NCBI RefSeq assembly: GCF_009834535.1 | Contig: NC_045697.1 | Coordinates: 35,466,001 to 35,530,000, forward strand | DNA: 64,000 nucleotides | Reading direction: 5' to 3' | Source of the DNA: Camelus ferus | Taxonomy: Eukaryota | In this document: piece after piece, positions 12,985-25,499 of the stretch | How positions within the stretch are numbered: the first letter of the stretch is position 1 | Layout: every line of letters begins with the position of its first letter | The notes under the pieces: generated by a model | The model's database searches: none | What the model was told of the DNA's origin: nothing | Seen by the model: the letters and a program-made list of their open reading frames with translations, nothing else | Program-made: the position numbers and the translations under genes

Positions 12985-15900
12985 GACTTCACGCATTGCA
13001 GCGAGAGAGTCACTGTTACCACAGTTATGTCAACCATTAGCCATAAATTGCTGTTTGTACCCAAGCGCATGCCGCTTTTCTTGCACTGTCTCCCTTTGGC
13101 AGGGCCATGTTGGTGTTTGCTGTTGAATGGGCCAGCTCTGCTTGCTGTGTAGCATTGTTCTCTTGGAAGGCTGCTTTGCAGTTTGTATTTACACTACAGA
13201 TTGGTGAATTTGCCAACGTCCTCACTGTGATTATGTGTATATTGCTGTTTAAATTTTGTATATGTGTATAAAAAGAAAAAGCTTCACCTAGAGATTATTT
13301 CTGCAAAAATGTATTGTAAAATAACTTTTGTGGCATATTTCTAGTCCCTTTTTTTCAAATGAACGGATTATACTTTTATTTGGTCTCAAATGTAGCATTT
13401 CAGAAAACAAGACAGAACAACCGTTAACCATATGCAAATGAAGCCAGAATAATTAACCTTCCTGTTTAAGAGGCCAACTTTTAGGAGAGGGGAGTCATAA
13501 CTTCTCAGAGGCATATGCCAAATACAGTGTGGTTTACTGAAATAATAGCATTTTTAAATGATGAGAGTTATAATAATTGAACGTAGAGACAGGTACCATG
13601 CCACAAGTCTTTTCTACCACGCAGGGTGTAGGTTTTGATTTTCTAATGTTAAAGCTGAAAGCTGTTATATTTTGAGTATAGGTACAGATGAACAAACTAC
13701 AATTGCACCTTTTTTTTCCCATGGGTTTTAAACTCTTGTAAATTTTCTTAATATATATGTTTTTTCTTTTGCATTCCTCTAGTCAGTGTTTGGTCTGCTG
13801 ATGCTTCCCATGCCATTCTAAGTAAAACTTATTCTGCCGCCTCCATGAAAACCTAGTGATTTTGCTGGCAACTTAGAACTACGGAGCACTTTTAGTTGTG
13901 GCTTAACTATTTAGTTATGCTTTCATGGTGTCTAATTTTCTAAGTTTTGCAGGGAAAAGAACTATACTATAAGTGAGAGGTGTTCTGTTTTGTTTTGTTT
14001 TCCTTTTTCGTTTCTTTCACGCTAGGCTTTTCCTGGCAGACTGTCCATTGCAGGCAGTGGACACGACACCACCAGCACTGAGCTAGTAACTCTGTTACAC
14101 GGTGGGACCTTTCCCGGAGGGGCCGCTCGTCATTGCCTGAGTAATGTGGACAGAGGGGTGATAGCCATTATGTGTGTCGATGAGGAAGCAAGAGTAAACA
14201 GGACGGTATTTTTAGGTTTGTATTTCACGTCTTTTCCTTCTTTAGCTTGTCTTACGCTTCTCGAGGAAATGTATAGATAACTATAGTGTGTTTCTCCCTC
14301 AACTATCTGGTGCTATTGAATGACTAATTTAGTCCCTAAAGTTTTGTGAAAACACAAAAGTCTAATGACTTAAACCAAGTGAATAAAAAAACTAATGGTG
14401 CATTTGAACAAGTGAATGCTGTAGTTGTGAGCAGACTCCATGATGGAACATGCAACGGTCAGAGGAGGTTTGGATTATTCCAGAATCTGGCCCCCAAATC
14501 TTTTGGGTCAAATGTGAACCTTTAATGGCATCACGTGAGTAAAGCACACAGACAATGCTACTCTTGACCACGATTTCACGGTTTCTTTGTAAACAGTGTT
14601 CAGATTTTCATATTATTTTTTCCCTAACTGAACCACCAAAGACAGAAATTTTGTATGTATATACAGTGTGTGTGCATATACAAAATCATGATACGGTAGA
14701 ATGAAATTACTTCCTTTTTCTACCAAATAGAAAGGTTTGGTTTGCTGTGAAATAAACAGAAGTTTGGAAAACTCTGTAGTGATTAAGCATACTTCATCAT
14801 TCCTTGTTTAGAAGTTGTAGACTCCCTTCTACCTTATGCATTCACACCAGTTTGCACAAATTAATCTCTGAAAAGAAAAGAAGGTGTGGACGGCAAGCAC
14901 AGTTCCTGAGACGGAGGTGCTGGAAGGGTTTCCATTCCGACAGGTGCCTGGGGTTCCAGTGGCGACTGGCCGTAGGCCGGTTCGAATCTGTGGAGAACTT
15001 GGTTCCTTTTTCAGAAGTATCCCGTAAAGTTAAAAAAAAAAAAAAAATCACACCTTAAAAGCAGCAGTTCTGAAATTTGATCAAACATTTATTTTGTTTA
15101 AATCAAGTATAAATCATAGAAATTATTTTAAAAGGTATTGTTAGAGACTGGAGAATTTTTAAAACACTAAGCACAGTTAATCCTAAAATAAAAAGACTGT
15201 TACGGGGACGACGTTACATTTCAACCACAGCGAACATTTTGATGATAGGGGTTTTGGAGAAGCCAAGTAAAAACTATTTCATGATGTATAATATGAAGGT
15301 CAGTATTCCAAAAGGATAACCTTGCATATTTAGGAAAGTCCAGATAATCTCTGAACTCCCTTGAAAAATAAATCTCTGTGGCCACAGAGTGCTTGCCCTT
15401 GGTTTTCTTGAGTTTATGCAGTTAATTTTTAAGGGGAGGAAGAGGGGCCAGAGTAATAAGATACTTTTTCTTAAAGACGTCCCTAAGTTACGTAACACTG
15501 AGCAGTCACCGAGCACGTCCTCGTGAGCTAATAACGCTGAGTGAATGAGGGTGCCTTCTGGGTTTCTTTTGTCACCTACGCCTCCGCCCTTTCTCTTCCA
15601 TCGTGCTTTGAACTCCACGCTGCAGTTACTCCGTCATAACGGAATACAACTTTTAGATGTTTGCTGCTGCGGTAGGTCAGAAATTTCATTATTTGATTTG
15701 CCATAAACGCCCTCTGTAATGTTACGTGCAGCTTATTTGAAGCATGACCTCCGAATTAAGTTTTTATAAATCTGACTAGACCAACCTCTAGATTCTGGTT
15801 TAACAACAGATGTCTGTATCCTCTCAGCCTCCATCTTAACAGTGCTTTTGAAGTTTATACAGAAAGCTTTAAAAGTTAGTTTGTGCCCTTGGTTTTTATT

Positions 15901-16275
15901 CTTACAACTGCTAAAATACCTCTGTAAGCCTTATCTTTTATTCTTTCATATGTTGTATAATAAATGTATAGAATTCATTGACCAACTAAAATGTTGGGTG
16001 TCTGTAAATGAGACCAAAATGTGGGTTGCTTTTTTCATAAAACCATTTCTCTCGGGGTTACTGTTAAGTGAACAGCAGCTAACCTGTGACTGTGAATGCT
16101 TCGTGTCGTCAGTATTTGCATTACCTTCATGAACGTGTGCAGGTCCTGTGACTCCCAGCTTAACTGAAATACTGTTATGCCACCTAACTTGAGTACAGCA
16201 AACTGGTTTTAGGTTTTAATGGAATTGATGTAAAATGATATCTCATAAATAAAAAGTATTTGTGTTTGGTTTCAG
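12985..16275 (+). other. DCUN1D4: DCUN1D4 long AT-rich 3' UTR (end inferred)
   Basis: Repeat-poor sequence after the stop codon. AATAAA occurs at 14382, 14751, 15959 and 16248, among others; the last is followed by a GT/T-rich tract. Confidence 0.7.
16248..16253 (+). terminator. Likely distal polyadenylation signal of DCUN1D4
   Basis: AATAAA followed by tttgtgtttggtttc and further T-rich sequence. Confidence 0.6.
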
Positions 16276-16623
16276 AACTGATTTGTGAATTCTTTCTTCT
16301 CTTCTTTGGCTTTTGCTTCAAAACCTCTTGAGGTAGTTTTATTTTTTTTCTAATTTTTATTTTTTTTTTAACATTTTTTATTGATTTATAATCATTTTAC
16401 AATGTTGGGTCAAATTCCAGTGTAGAGCACAATTTTTCAGTTATACATGAACATATATGTATTCATTGTCACATTTTTTTCTCTGTGAGCTACCATAAGA
16501 TCTTGTGTATATTTCCCTGTGCTATACAGTATAATCTTCTTTATCTATTCTACAATTTTGAAATCCCAGTCTGTCCCTTCCCACCCCCCGCCCCCTTGGC
16601 AACCACAAGTTTGTATTCTATGT

Positions 16624-19600
16624 CTATGAGTCTGTTTCTGTTTTGTATTTATGCTTTGTGTTTTTGTTTTTGTTTTTTAGATTCCACATATGGTATTTTT
16701 CTTTCTCTTTCTGGCTTACTTCACTTAGAATGACATTCTCCAGGAGCATCCATGTTGCTGCAAATGGCATTATGTTGTCGGTTTTTATGGCTGAGTAGTA
16801 TTCCATTGTATAAATATACCACCTCTTCTTTATCCAGTCACCTGTTGATGGACATTTAGGCTGTTTCCATGTTTTGGCTATTGTAACTAGTGCTGCTATG
16901 AACATTGGGGTGCAGGTGTCATCCTGAAGTAGATTTCCTTCTGGATACAAGCCCAGGAGTGGGATTCCTGGGTCATATGGTAAGTCTATTCCTAGTCTTT
17001 TGAGGAATCTCCACACTGTTTTCCATAGTGGCTGCACCAAACTGCATTCCCATCAGCAGTGTAGGAGGGTTCCCCTTTCTCCACAGCCTCTCCAGCGTTT
17101 GTCATTTGTGGATTTTTGAATGACGGCCATTCTGACTGGTGTGAGGTGATACCTCATTGTAGTTTTGATTTGCATTTCTCTGATAATTAGTGATATTGAG
17201 CATTTTTTCATGTGCTTTTTGATCATTTGTATGTCTTCCTTGGAGAATTGCTTGTTTAGGTCTTCTGCCCATTTTTGGATTGGGTTGTTCGGTTGTTTCT
17301 TATTGAGTCGTATGAGCTGCTTATATATTCTGGAGATCAAGCCTTTGTCGGTTTCACTTGCAAAAATTTTCTCCCATTCTGTAGGTTTTCTTCTTGTTTT
17401 ATTTCTGGTTTCCTTTGCTGTGCAGAAGCTTGTAAGTTTCATTAGGTCCCATTTGTTTATTCTTGCTTTTATTTCTTCTAGGAGAAAATTTTTGAGATGT
17501 ATGTCAGATAATGTTTTGCCTATATTTTCCTCTAGGAGTTTTATTGTATCTTGTCTTATGTTTAAGTCTTTGATCCATTTTGAGTTGATTTTTGTATATG
17601 GTGTAAGGGAGTGTTCTAGCTTCATTGTTTTACATGCTGCTGTCCAGTTTTCCCAGCACCATTTGCTGAAGAGACTGTCTTTATTCCATTGTATATTCTT
17701 GCCTCCTTTGTCAAAGATGAGTTGACCAAAAGTTTGTGGGTTCATTTCTGGGCTCTCTTTTCTGTTCCATTGGTCTATATGTCTGTTTTGGTACCAATAC
17801 CATGCTGTCTTGATGACTGTAGCTCTATAGTATTGTCTGAAGTCTGGGAGAGTTATTCCTCCAGCCTCTTTCTTTCTCTTCAGTAATGCTTTGGCAATTC
17901 TAGGTCTTTGATGGTTCCACATGAATTTTATTATGATTTTTTCTAGTTCTGTGAAGTATGTCCTAGGTAATTGGATAGGGATTGCATTAAATCTGTAGAT
18001 TGCCTTGGGCAGTGTGACCATTTTAACAATATTGATTCTTCCAATCCAAGAGCATGGAATATCTTTCCATTTTTTAAAGTCTTCTTTAATTTCCTTCATC
18101 AATGTTTATAGTTTTCTGTGTATAATTCTTTCACCTCCTTGGTTAGATTTATTCCCAGATATTTTATTACTTTGGGTGCTATTTTAAAGGGGATTGTTTC
18201 TTTACTTTCTTCTTCTGTTGATTTATCGTTAGTGTAAAGAAATGCAACTGATTTTTGAACGTTAATTTTGTAACCTGCTACCTTGCTGAATTCTTCAGTC
18301 AGCTCTAGTAGCTTTTGTGTGGACCTTTTAGGGTTTTCTATATATAGTAACATGTCATCAGCATATAATGACACTTTTACCTCTTCTTTTCCAATTTGGA
18401 TCCCTTTTATTTCTTTCTCTTGCCTGACTGCTGTGGCTAGGACTTCCAGGACTATGTTGAACAGGAGTGGTGATAGTGGGCATCCTTGTCCCAGATTTTA
18501 GTGGGAAGCTTTTGAATTTTTCACCGTTGAGTACTATGCTGCCTGTAGGTTTGTCATATATAGCTTTTATGATGTTGAGATATGTCCCCTCTATACCCAC
18601 TTTGGTGAGAGTTTTTATCATAAATGGATGTTGAATTTTATCAGATGCTTTTTCTGCATTGATTGAGATGATCATGTGGTTTTTGTCCTTTCTCTTGTTG
18701 ATGTGATGTGTTATATTGATTGATTTGCGTATGTTGAACCACCCTGTGTCCCTGGGATGAACCCCACTTAGTCATGATGTATAATCTTTTTTATGTGTTG
18801 TTGGATTCTATTTGCTAATATTTTGGTGAGGATTTTGGCGTCTATGTTCATCAGTGATATTGGCCTATAATTCTCTCTCTTTGTAGTGTCTTTGCCTGGT
18901 TTTGGTATCAGGGTGATGGTGGCTTCATAGAATGAGTTTGGGAGTATTCCCTGCTTTTCAGTCTTCTGGAAGAGTTTCAGAAGGAGTGGTATGACTTCTT
19001 CTTTGTATGTTTGGTAGAATTCCCTGGTGAAGCTGTCCGGTCCTGGACTTTTATTTGTAGGGAGGTTTTTTATTGCTATTTTGATTTCATTTCTAGTGAT
19101 CAGTTTGTTCAAGTGGTCAGTTTCTTCTTGATTCAGTCTTGGTGGACAGTATGTTTCCAGAAACTTGTCCATCTCTTCTAGGTTATCCAGTTTGGTTCCA
19201 TATAGTTTTTCATAATATTTTCATATGATATTCTGTATTTCTGTTTTACTTGTTGTAATTTCTCCATTTTCCTTTCTTATTTTGCTAATTTGTGCTCTCT
19301 CTTTTTTCTTCTTTGTGAGTTTGGCCACAGAGGTTTATCGATTTTATTTACTTTTTCAAAAAACCAGCTTTTGATTTGATTGATTTTTTTCTATGGTCTT
19401 TTTTATCTGTGTTTTATTTATTTCCTCCCTTATCTTTATAATTTCCTTCCTTCTGCGGCCTTTTGGGGTTTTTTGTTCTTCTTTTTCTAGTTCATTCAGC
19501 TGGTGGGTTAAATTGTTTATTTGAGATTGTTCTATTTTGAGGAAGGCCTGTATCGCTATAAACTTCCCTCTTAGTGCTGCCTTTGCATGTCCCATAAATT

Positions 19601-20451
19601 ATGTGTGGTTGTGCTTTCACTTTCATTTGTCTCAAGGTATTTTTTAATTTCAGCTTTGATTTCCTCATTGACCCATTGGTTTTTTAATAACATATTGTTT
19701 AATCTCCATGCTTTCCTTTTGTTCTCCTTTGTTTCTCTGTTGTTGATTTCTAGTTTCATGGCATTGTCGTCAGTAAAGATGCTTGAGATAATTTCTATCT
19801 TCTTAAAATTGCTGAGGTTTCTTTTGTGCCCAAGTACATGATCAATCCTGGAAAATGTTCCATGTGCACTTGAAAAGAATGTATATCCTATTTTGGGGGG
19901 GTGTAATGCTCTGCAATATCCACCAAATCTAATTTTTGTAATGTATTATTTAATTTCTCTGTTACCTTATTTATTTTCTGTCTGGAAGATCTGTCTAGTG
20001 ATGTTAATGTGGTGTTAAAATCTCCAATTATGATTGTATTCCTATCAATATCCCCCTTTATCTCTGTTAGTAATTGTTTTATGTACTTAGGTGCTCCTAT
20101 ATTGGGTGCATATATATTAACGAGTGTAATATCCTCATCTTGTATCACTCCTTTAATCATTATAAAACGTCCTTCTTTATTTTTCTTTATGGCCTTTGTT
20201 TTAAAGTCTATTTTGTCTGAAATCAGTACTGCAACACCTGCTTTTTTGGCTTGTCCGTTTGCATGGAATATCCTTTTCCATCCTTTCACTCTCAATCTAT
20301 ATGTGTCCTTCTCCCTAAAGTGGGTCTCTTGTATGCAGCAGATTGAAAGTTCTTGCTTTATTATCCAGTCTGCCACTCTGTGTCTTTTGACTGAAGCATT
20401 TAGTACATTAACATTTACAGTAATTAATGATAGATGTGTGTTTATTGCCAT
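16624..20451 (-). pseudogene. L1 ORF2p (endonuclease, reverse transcriptase, cysteine-rich domain), with multiple frameshifts and stops
   Basis: Fragments contain ICCIQETH, IYAPN, GDFNT (endonuclease); [34 protein letters not shown] (reverse transcriptase); and a C-terminal GERGTLLHC region. Confidence 0.95.
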
Positions 20452-20828
20452 TTTGAACTAATCTTTGCAGTTGATTTGGTATTTCCTCTTTGTTCCTTTC
20501 TTCTTCCTTTTGTGGTTTGGTAATCTTCCTTTGTATTATCATGGATTTTATTTAGTTTTTGTGACTCCCTTGGAAGTTTTTGGCTTGTGGTTACCCTTTT
20601 CTCTAAGTCTATTAGCCCATTACTGTATCTCGAACCCATCCTACCGAAAACAAAAAATTTAAAAAAGAAAGAAAAAAAATACTCTGTATTTTCTTGCTTC
20701 CCTCTCCCACTCTTAATGATTTAAATGTCTTCTTTTACAATTTCGTGTTTATTTTATTTGTAATTCATGAGTTATCACCTTTCCAGTTATGAGTTTCTCA
20801 TTTCTGTAGCATCCTGCTTCTTTTCTAT

Positions 20829-21731
20829 TTATAGTAGACCTTTCAATTTATTTTTTAGCATGGGTTTAGTGTTGCTAAACTCTTTTAGTTTTTACTTGTC
20901 TGTGAAATTCTTTATCTCTCCTTCTATCCTAACGGATAGCCTTGCTGGATAAAGTATCCTAGGCTGCATCTTTTTTTCATTCAGGACTTTGAATATATCT
21001 TGCCACTCCCTTCTGGCCTGTAGTGTTTGTGTAGAGAAATCAGCTGAGAGCCTTATGAGGGTTTCCTTGTAACTCACTCTTTGCTTTTCTCTTGCTGCCC
21101 TTAGGATCATTTCTTTATCCTTGACTCTAGCCATCTTGATTATGGTATGTGTTGGTGTGGGTCTGTTTGGGTTCTTCCTGTTTGGGACCCTTTGAGCTTC
21201 CTGTATTTGGATATCTGATTCCTTCTTTAAGTTTGGGAAGTTTTCAGTCATGATTTCTTCAAAAACCTTTACAATCCCCTTTGATCTTTCTTCCCTTTCT
21301 GGGACCCCTATTATGTGAAGATTGGAATGCTTTATGTTATCCTATAGGTCCCTTATGTTGCTTTCATTTGTTTTTATTTGTTTATCTTGCAGTTGTTCTG
21401 ATTGGGTGCTTTCTGTTGTCCTGTCTTCTAGGTCACTAATTTGTTCCTCTGCATTATCTAGTCTGCTTTGCATAGCCTTTAGATCTGTTCTCATCCCAGC
21501 CAATGAGTTTACCAATTCTGTTTGGTTCTTCTTTATAGCTTCAATTTCATTTTTGACATATTTTATATCTCTAAACACTATCTCTTTTAGTTCCTTCAAT
21601 ACTTTGATCACTCCTTTTTTGAAGTCTTGATCTAGTAGGCTATCGATGTCTATTTCATTGATCATTCTTTCAGGGGATTTCTCTTGTTCTTTTAATTGGG
21701 AATGGTTCCTCTGTTTCTTCATCTTGCTCAT
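20829..21731 (-). pseudogene. L1 ORF1p, disrupted by two in-frame stops (21342-21344, 20892-20894)
   Basis: MSKMKKQRNHSQLKEQ...coiled coil...ENFPNL...QEAQRVP...IRLSADFS..TLQARREW...YPARLS...KLKGLL*, all in one frame. Confidence 0.92.
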
Positions 21732-22009
21732 ATGTCTCTGGTACTGTGGCTTATGGAGTATCAGTTATCTATTGTGGTCCTTAAAGGAGTTTATTTATTT
21801 ATCTATCTAATGCCTATGTAGGAATAAAACAGATTTTTAGCATCTTTGCCTTTTGAAGAGGACAGTGTTCTGTTGGAGTTCCGCAGGTACTCTAGTTGGC
21901 TGAATGGGTCTGTAGATGTGAGTCTTGGTGTATCTGTGGGAGAGGGTGAGCTACGTGCGTCCTACTACTCCGCCATCTTGGCCTCCTTGGAGGTGGTTTT
22001 AAAGTATTT

Positions 22010-22430
22010 TATTTTTTATTCTTCTTTATTTTTCCCCAACTTTTTATATGGAAAAATTTCAAAGCTATAGAAGGAAGATGCAAGAATGACATAATAAACA
22101 CCCCTACACCTGTTCCCTAGGTCTTCCAGTGGGTGATGTTCTGAGTGTGTGTACTTCTCCTTAACAATACATGATAATGTTTTCTCTGAACCATCCTAAA
22201 TTACATTATTGACACTTCATATTTTGAAACAAGGACATTCTTACCAGAGTACTGTGATCATACTCAGGAAATAAACATTGATACAGTATGATCACCTAAT
22301 ACACAATCCAGACTAAAATCTCCCGCTTTGTACCAATAATGGCCTTGGTAACTACTTTATTTTTAATCCAAGGATAAACAATGTATTTAGCCATCATGCC
22401 TCTTTAGTTTCTTTTAATCTAGAATAGTTC
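22010..22430 (-). mobile_element. Ancient L1 3'-end fragment (L1MC/L1ME-like)
   Basis: ttttatatggaaaaatttcaaagctatagaa...gaaacaaggacattctt...atttagccatcatgcctctttagtttcttttaatctagaa resembles old L1 3' UTR consensus. Confidence 0.55.
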
Positions 22431-25029
22431 CAGATACAGTATTTTAATGTTTTCATTAAAGATAGTACAAACACTCCTCAGCCAAAAAAGAAAAAAAAAA
22501 ACCAGTTTAAAATTTGCTACCGTTATGTTGTGTATTTCTAAACACTGAGCTAATAATTGAGTGCTTACTGTGTGCCAGGAGCCAGGGAGAAGTGACCATT
22601 TCTGCTGCCTCCAAGGCTACAACCCACTGAGTCCCTGAGTGTGTATCAGTCCTGGTTATCAGTTTCTAAAATTGTCTTACACTAGAATCTTAGCTCCTTG
22701 GTGCCAGAACCTCAGGCCCAGAGTAGATGCCGGGGAAGTAGACATGGAAGGAAGAGTTCCCAGTTGGCCAAGAATCGTCAGGTCCTGAAACCTCGTGTAA
22801 AGATCAGATAATCCAAGAAGGACTGATACAGACTTTAAGACTTTTAGAAGCTTAAAAAGCGAGAGAGGAGGTGGACAAACAGGATTCCTGGAAAACAGGA
22901 TCCAGGTACGCACAGTTTCAATTGGTGATGTAAGTGGTTCTTTCAACTATAATTTGGGCCAAAGCTAAGGATCAGACCAGGAAAATCCCTGTTCTTCCAG
23001 ACATCCACAAAGGCTGAGGGTGGACGGCGGATGGCGATAAAGGAAATGCTTACCCTAAACGGATGGCGAGGAGTGGGAGGTGACCAATCTTAGGACAGGG
23101 ACTTCTTAGCCTGGCCTACGGCAAATGGCAGAAGGTCGGGGAGCACATTATCCACTAATAGAAAATTGAAACAAAGTTATCCTGCAATGCAACTGAAACA
23201 AGGTAGACTGGAGAGAGATTGAGTCACTAATGCCTGCTCAAGACAAAAACAAGTAACAAAAACAACCCAGCTGAAGTGCACTGCAGACAGACCTGTGAAG
23301 GGAAGTTACAGGAAGATCACTTTAAAGGAAAAGGCATTTTTAAAGATAGCTTTTTGAAATAATGGGGCGAAGAGGAAAGTGAACCAGAAAATGAACCATA
23401 TTACCCATAAAGAGAGGATGATCACTGGGTCAAGCCCCAGGGCTACAGAAATGAGGAAAAGAGCTACTTTTGGATGGAAATTTTTTTCAATTTGTTCAAA
23501 CCTATAGGAAGGCAAAACCTGTTCCCCAAGGTGCCCTGACACGCACTACATCATGTTGAAATGACTCATTTGAATGTTACCCCCAAATCCTGATGTGATT
23601 TGAACCTGAACTTTTAGGCAGAAGATTAAGCTTTTATGATTCTTTTAGAAAAGAACTGCCTTTGGAACTTTGTCATAGCTAGAAAGAAAAAAAGAAAAAC
23701 CATCACATGAGGAAATAATACATCAGGCTTTCTGGCCCTGTTTACTTGTAGGGCAGAAGATAATCCAAAGTAAGGCATGCTCGCCACTTTTGGCACATGC
23801 AGCAGAAAATAGTTTGTTTTTACCCCCCTGAATTTGTTCCGAACATTTCTCTTTGATTGCCATAACAAAAAACTAAAATCATCCCATGTATAAAAGTACT
23901 TGCTTAGAAATGATGGTGAGTGAGTAGCTGTGCTGAGAATGATAACTGGGAACTGAAAAGCAAAAATTGACTATAGTAATTAAATGGAAATTAAAAAAAA
24001 AAACCATTTAAAATGTAAATCTCTTCTCCCAAAGAAATGCATTCAGTCCTTTGAGAGAAATTCCTTTGCAATCACTGTGAAGAATCCTGGCTGTGAGAAA
24101 GCTAAAGAGATTTGGTTTTTCCCTCTGACCCTTTCCAGCAGAGACCTCAGAATTGCCTAAATTGGAATAGCTGGAATTCTAACTGGGGTTCTCTAGATGA
24201 GTTAGGATAAAAGGGGCTGTGGCTGTCCTCCTTACTAGTGACCTCACTCGCCAAAGAGTTTGGGGCCAACTTTTAATATTGAAAGCCACTGCATTTTGTC
24301 TCTAACTTGCTTATTTTGGCTTCATTCCCTGTCATGGCTCCTACATATTGCATCTTGAGAGTAGGACTTGGACAAGGGTTGTAATCCTGTCACATATACT
24401 CCCCAAACCACTGAATAAAATAGGTGCCTTTTAGCAACCTATTGTGCATGTGTTAAAGTGCTCACAAAACCTTCCAAACCTTATTCCTTCTCCGTTAAGT
24501 TTGATTTTCGGATTCTCAGTATAATCATTGTCTTAATATTAACTTTAATTGTATGTTTTCCTATGTGAAATTGGGAACATAAGCACTAACATTTATAAGC
24601 ATGCAGAGAGGGGACTGGGGTAAATAGAAAATCAACAGACTGAAGAATTAGGAAGGACCCCCGGATGGGAGGTCTTGTGCTGATCAGGTGTGAGTGGCCT
24701 CAGCCACTTATAAGTGGTAGACCAGAAAGACTGATTCAGTTGAAGCTGAGGATTCCTTCTGGAGATCTGGGCATTATAGGGACAGATGGGGGCTCAGCCT
24801 AGGACTCTCCTTAGGGAGCTTCAGCGAGGTACACAAAGATAGCAATAGAAGCAGCAGAGAGGTTGGACTTCAGGACTGAAGAGTTTGTGGTTGTCACCAA
24901 GAGATAACAATATAATTGGTGAAATGATACCAACAGAAGAAAGATACTGACAGAAGAAATATCCTTTAATGGTAAAGGATATAGAAGGTCCTGAGGCATC
25001 AAGTAAAGCAGGAGATGATAAAGTGTGTT

Positions 25030-25487
25030 CCCTGATGAAGGAACTGCTTCCCAGCATCCCAGAGCCCACCATGGGGCTGTCTCCCACACCGCAAGGGTTC
25101 TGCCAGGCACAAGGTGCTCTCTTTGTCATCAACCCGAAATCTCTCTCTGAACCCTACCCTTTTGGGTTTTTAAGGAGGCTTCATAACATAGGCCTGATTG
25201 AGTTCAATCATCTATAGCCAATGATTTAACCAATCTCCAGCCCCTTCTCTTGAGATGGGGGGTTGGGCTAGGACTGAAAGCTCCAAACCTCTAATCACAG
25301 AGCTGGTTCCCCTAGCAACCAGCCCCATCCTCAGGTTACCTAGGGGCTTTCTAAAAACTATCTCATTAACATAACAAAAGACACCATAATTTCCAGTCAC
25401 TTAGGGAAATTACAAGGATTTTAGTAGCTCGGTGCCAGGAACTGGGACGAAAAACAAATACTCTTTATTATAAATCACAGTATCACA
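25030..25487 (-). mobile_element. MER21-like LTR fragment
   Basis: Reverse strand begins tgtgatactgtgatttataataa...gtcccagttcctggcaccgagctactaaaatcc, matching the recalled MER21 start. Confidence 0.75.
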
Positions 25488-25499
25488 CATAGGTACTGA

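Larger units (their letters stand above)
16342..21986 (-). mobile_element. Near-full-length, relatively young LINE-1 (~5.65 kb), inactive
   Basis: The 5' end reads ggaggccaagatggcgg (YY1 motif), followed by ORF1, a spacer, ORF2 and a poly(A) tail (T-run from 16342). TSD gaggt(a/g)gtttta at 16330-16341 and 21990-22001, with an L1 endonuclease-type TTTT/AA site. Confidence 0.96.

Noticed and set aside
17165..21630. Several long plus-strand ORFs (e.g. 186 aa, 150 aa)
   Set aside because: Antisense shadows of the L1 ORFs
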